IMG/VR virus record: IMGVR_UViG_3300032253_000024
Location: 1-34,818 of that record
DNA length: 34,818 bases
DNA from: a virus
Lineage: Duplodnaviria > Caudoviricetes
Strand: one strand, 5' to 3'
Shown here: piece after piece, positions 32,327-34,818 of the stretch
Numbering within the stretch: the stretch's first letter is position 1
Layout of the letters: each line of letters opens with the position of its first letter
The notes under the pieces: generated by a model
What the model saw: the letters and a program-made list of their open reading frames with translations, nothing else
Told to the model about the DNA's origin: nothing
The model's database searches: none
Position numbers and translations under genes: made by a program

Positions 32327-33536
32327 CACCCCTCGCTGGGGAATTCCCTTCCTGGAGCCTGCACGATACAAGGGCGCTCACGGTGGTCGTGGATCCGGTA
32401 AGTCTCATTATTTTGCTGAGATGCTTATCGAGCGCTGCATTATGCAGAAGACTGAAGCGGTCTGTGTTCGTGAGGTCCAGAAGTCACTCAACCAATCAGT
32501 CAAGAAATTACTTGAGATCAAGATCGAGAAGCTGGGTGTCGGTGATCTGTTTGAAATACAGCGTGATAGGATCATCACACCGTTTGGTGGTCTGATCATC
32601 TTTCAGGGTATGCAGAATCACACAGCTGACTCGATCAAGTCACTGGAAGGTTTTGACATCGCATGGATCGAAGAAGCTCAGTCGATGTCACAGCGATCAC
32701 TGGATCTGCTCAGACCTACTATCCGAAAAGAAGGTTCAGAGATCTGGGCTACCTGGAACCCATTCAACAACACTGACCCGATTGATCAGCTGCTTTGTGG
32801 TGATAATCCTCCACCGGGTGCTGTCGTGGTTGAGGTCAACTTCAAAGATAATCCATGGTTTCCTGATGTCCTGCGTGCTGAGATGGAGTATGACAAGCGA
32901 CGGGACCCAGATAAATATGTTCATGTGTGGCTCGGTCAGTATGTCAAGAACACTGAGTCCAGGGTGTTCAAGAACTGGCGCATCGAAGAGTTTGAGACAC
33001 CAGCTGATGCAATCCATCGACAGGGTGCTGACTGGGGATTCTCTGTTGATCCGACAACCCTGGTCCGATGTCATCTCATCGGTCGCACGCTGTACATCGA
33101 CTATGAAGCCTATCAAGTGGGCTGCGAGATCATCGACACACCGGATCTGTTCATGACGGTCCCGGACTCCGAGAAGTGGCCAATCACAGCCGATTCAGCA
33201 CGACCTGAGACCATATCTCATGTCAGAAAGAATGGATTCCCTAAGATCATGAAAGCAGTCAAGGGACCGAAATCACTCGAAGAGGGTGTCGAATGGTTGA
33301 AATCCTATGATATAGTTGTGCATCCGAGATGTGTTCACACTATTGACGAGTTGACGCTTTACAGCTATAAAACTGATCCAATGACGGACGAGATTCTGCC
33401 AATACTCGAAGATAAGAAGAACCATGTCATCGATGCATTGAGATATGCTTGTGAAGGACTCAGACGAGCCATGACACAGAAGAAGCCGAAACATGAAGCA
33501 CCTATCGCATCAGTTAAACCATACGCCAGGAGATAA
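32304..33536 (+). CDS. terL: Terminase large subunit (PBSX / Terminase_3 family)
   Basis: Walker A GGRGSGKS, Walker B AWIEEA, TWNP, nuclease GADWGF, ADSARPE and NHVIDALRY. Confidence 0.95.
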   Translation: MPKTLTIDTPRWGIPFLEPARYKGAHGGRGSGKSHYFAEMLIERCIMQKTEAVCVREVQKSLNQSVKKLLEIKIEKLGVGDLFEIQRDRIITPFGGLIIFQGMQNHTADSIKSLEGFDIAWIEEAQSMSQRSLDLLRPTIRKEGSEIWATWNPFNNTDPIDQLLCGDNPPPGAVVVEVNFKDNPWFPDVLRAEMEYDKRRDPDKYVHVWLGQYVKNTESRVFKNWRIEEFETPADAIHRQGADWGFSVDPTTLVRCHLIGRTLYIDYEAYQVGCEIIDTPDLFMTVPDSEKWPITADSARPETISHVRKNGFPKIMKAVKGPKSLEEGVEWLKSYDIVVHPRCVHTIDELTLYSYKTDPMTDEILPILEDKKNHVIDALRYACEGLRRAMTQKKPKHEAPIASVKPYARR

Positions 33537-33538
33537 CA

Positions 33539-34818
33539 GTGGACTATTCAGAATCAGAAGATCAAGACACACCTGAAGATCAGGAACTTGTCACCATCCA
33601 CTCCGACGCGTTAGCTGAATTTGACAACATCCAGTCAGCACTACGAGATGAACGACGTCAGTCACTTCAGGACCGTCGATTCTATTCCATCGCTGGTGCT
33701 CAGTGGGAAGGTGATCTCGGTGAACAATTCGAGAACAAGCCAAAGTTTGAAGTCAACAAGATCCATCTCGCTGTTATCCGAATCATCAATGAATATCGCA
33801 ATAATCGAATCACAGTTGACTTCATATCCAAAGAAGGTGATGAGTCTGATCAGTTAGCTGACACCTGTGATGGTCTGTACCGTGCTGATGAAGATGACAG
33901 TGTGGCAGATGAAGCCTATGACAATGCATTTGAAGAAGCTGTCGGTGGTGGCTTTGGTGCCTGGCGTCTGCGTGCTGAATACGAAGATGAATATGATGAC
34001 GAAGATGAACGTCAGCGAATTCGTATCGAACCGATATATGATGCTGACAGTTCAGTCTTCTTTGATCTGAATGCCAAGCGTCAAGATAAATCAGATGCGA
34101 AACGATGCTTTGTACTGACATCGATGTCACATCCTGCTTACAGAGATGAATATGATGATGATCCTGCATCGTGGCCGAAAACCATCCATCAACATGAATT
34201 CGACTGGTTGACACCTGATGTTGTTTACATTGCTGAATATTACCAGGTTGAATGCACGAAAGAGACTGTCCATGTATTCGAGACAGTTGACGGTGAAGAA
34301 GAACGATACACTGATTCTGATTTTGAAGCTGATGAGACTCTGGCTGACATGCTGGATGCTGTCGGTTCCAAAGAGATCAGACAGAAGAAAGTAAAACGTC
34401 GCAAGATCCACAAGTACATCATGTCAGGATCTGGTGTGCTCGAAAACTGTGGTTATATCGCAGGAACCTGCATCCCGATTGTCCCGGTTTATGGCAAGCG
34501 ATGGTTCATTGACAACATTGAGCGCTGCATGGGTCATGTGCGTCTGGCTAAAGATGCACAGCGTATCAAGAACATGCAGCTGTCGAAGCTCGGTGAGATC
34601 TCAGCACTGTCATCAATTGAGAAGCCGATTCTGACACCGGAACAGATCGCAGGTCATGCTCAGATGTGGGCTGATGACAATATCAAAGATTTTCCGTATC
34701 TTCTGGTCAACCCGATCACTGATAAAGATGGCAATGAAGTCGCGACAGGTCCTATCGGTTACACCAAGCCACCCGCAATCCCTCCAGCGATGGCAGCACT
34801 GCTGCAGATCACTGAGCA
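33539..34818 (+). CDS. Portal protein, N-terminal part (not in ORF track; continues at position 1)
   Basis: GTG at 33539 after AGGAG. Open frame with AGAQWEG, KPKFEVNKI, GGGFGAWRL, IPIVPVYGKR and LAKDAQR; no stop before the window end. Confidence 0.93.
   Translation, partial: MDYSESEDQDTPEDQELVTIHSDALAEFDNIQSALRDERRQSLQDRRFYSIAGAQWEGDLGEQFENKPKFEVNKIHLAVIRIINEYRNNRITVDFISKEGDESDQLADTCDGLYRADEDDSVADEAYDNAFEEAVGGGFGAWRLRAEYEDEYDDEDERQRIRIEPIYDADSSVFFDLNAKRQDKSDAKRCFVLTSMSHPAYRDEYDDDPASWPKTIHQHEFDWLTPDVVYIAEYYQVECTKETVHVFETVDGEEERYTDSDFEADETLADMLDAVGSKEIRQKKVKRRKIHKYIMSGSGVLENCGYIAGTCIPIVPVYGKRWFIDNIERCMGHVRLAKDAQRIKNMQLSKLGEISALSSIEKPILTPEQIAGHAQMWADDNIKDFPYLLVNPITDKDGNEVATGPIGYTKPPAIPPAMAALLQITE
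34692..34818. repeat. Terminal direct repeat, copy 2
   Basis: Identical to 1-127. Confidence 0.95.

Noticed and set aside
1-34691. Stop-codon reassignment or restriction-site avoidance
   Set aside because: Genes are intact in the standard code and TAA, TGA and TAG are all used as stops. GATC and other palindromes are common. Subtler bias would need k-mer counting that I cannot do by eye.
34692-34818. 127-bp terminal repeat as a biological direct terminal repeat
   Set aside because: The length matches a standard assembler k-mer and it falls mid-portal, so it marks circular assembly rather than physical genome ends.

Overview
This window is a complete, circularly assembled genome (about 34,691 bp) of a podovirus-type tailed phage; bases 1-127 are identical to 34692-34818, and the portal gene reads in frame across that junction. 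The plus-strand arm is P22-like: TerS, PBSX-type TerL, portal, scaffold, coat, gp4- and gp10-like head-tail proteins, a tail-needle-like protein, three ejection proteins and a tailspike. It ends in a lysis cassette (M15 endolysin, holin candidates, overlapped i-/o-spanins), which implies a Gram-negative host, probably a proteobacterium. The minus-strand arm is an APSE-like replication module (primase-helicase, DUF2800 Cas4-like nuclease, DUF2815 SSB, VRR-NUC, SNF2 helicase) but with a family-B polymerase, plus a C5 methyltransferase, TraR-like protein, DUF5664 nucleotide diphosphohydrolase and an orphan NrdJb-like domain. I recognised no integrase, CI-type repressor, ParA, tRNA or CRISPR array. 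Main leads: (1) a shared C-terminal VSFI/VNFY tail on four unrelated DNA-acting proteins; (2) plasmid-style replication control (candidate antisense RNA against the primase leader, iteron-like array, ribbon-helix-helix protein, TGTTNAACA boxes at four early promoters); (3) a stand-alone NrdJb-like domain next to a separate Zn-ribbon gene; (4) an H-type pseudoknot upstream of the scaffold gene; (5) a 42-aa leader on the coat protein. All family assignments come from motif recognition by eye; no searches were run.
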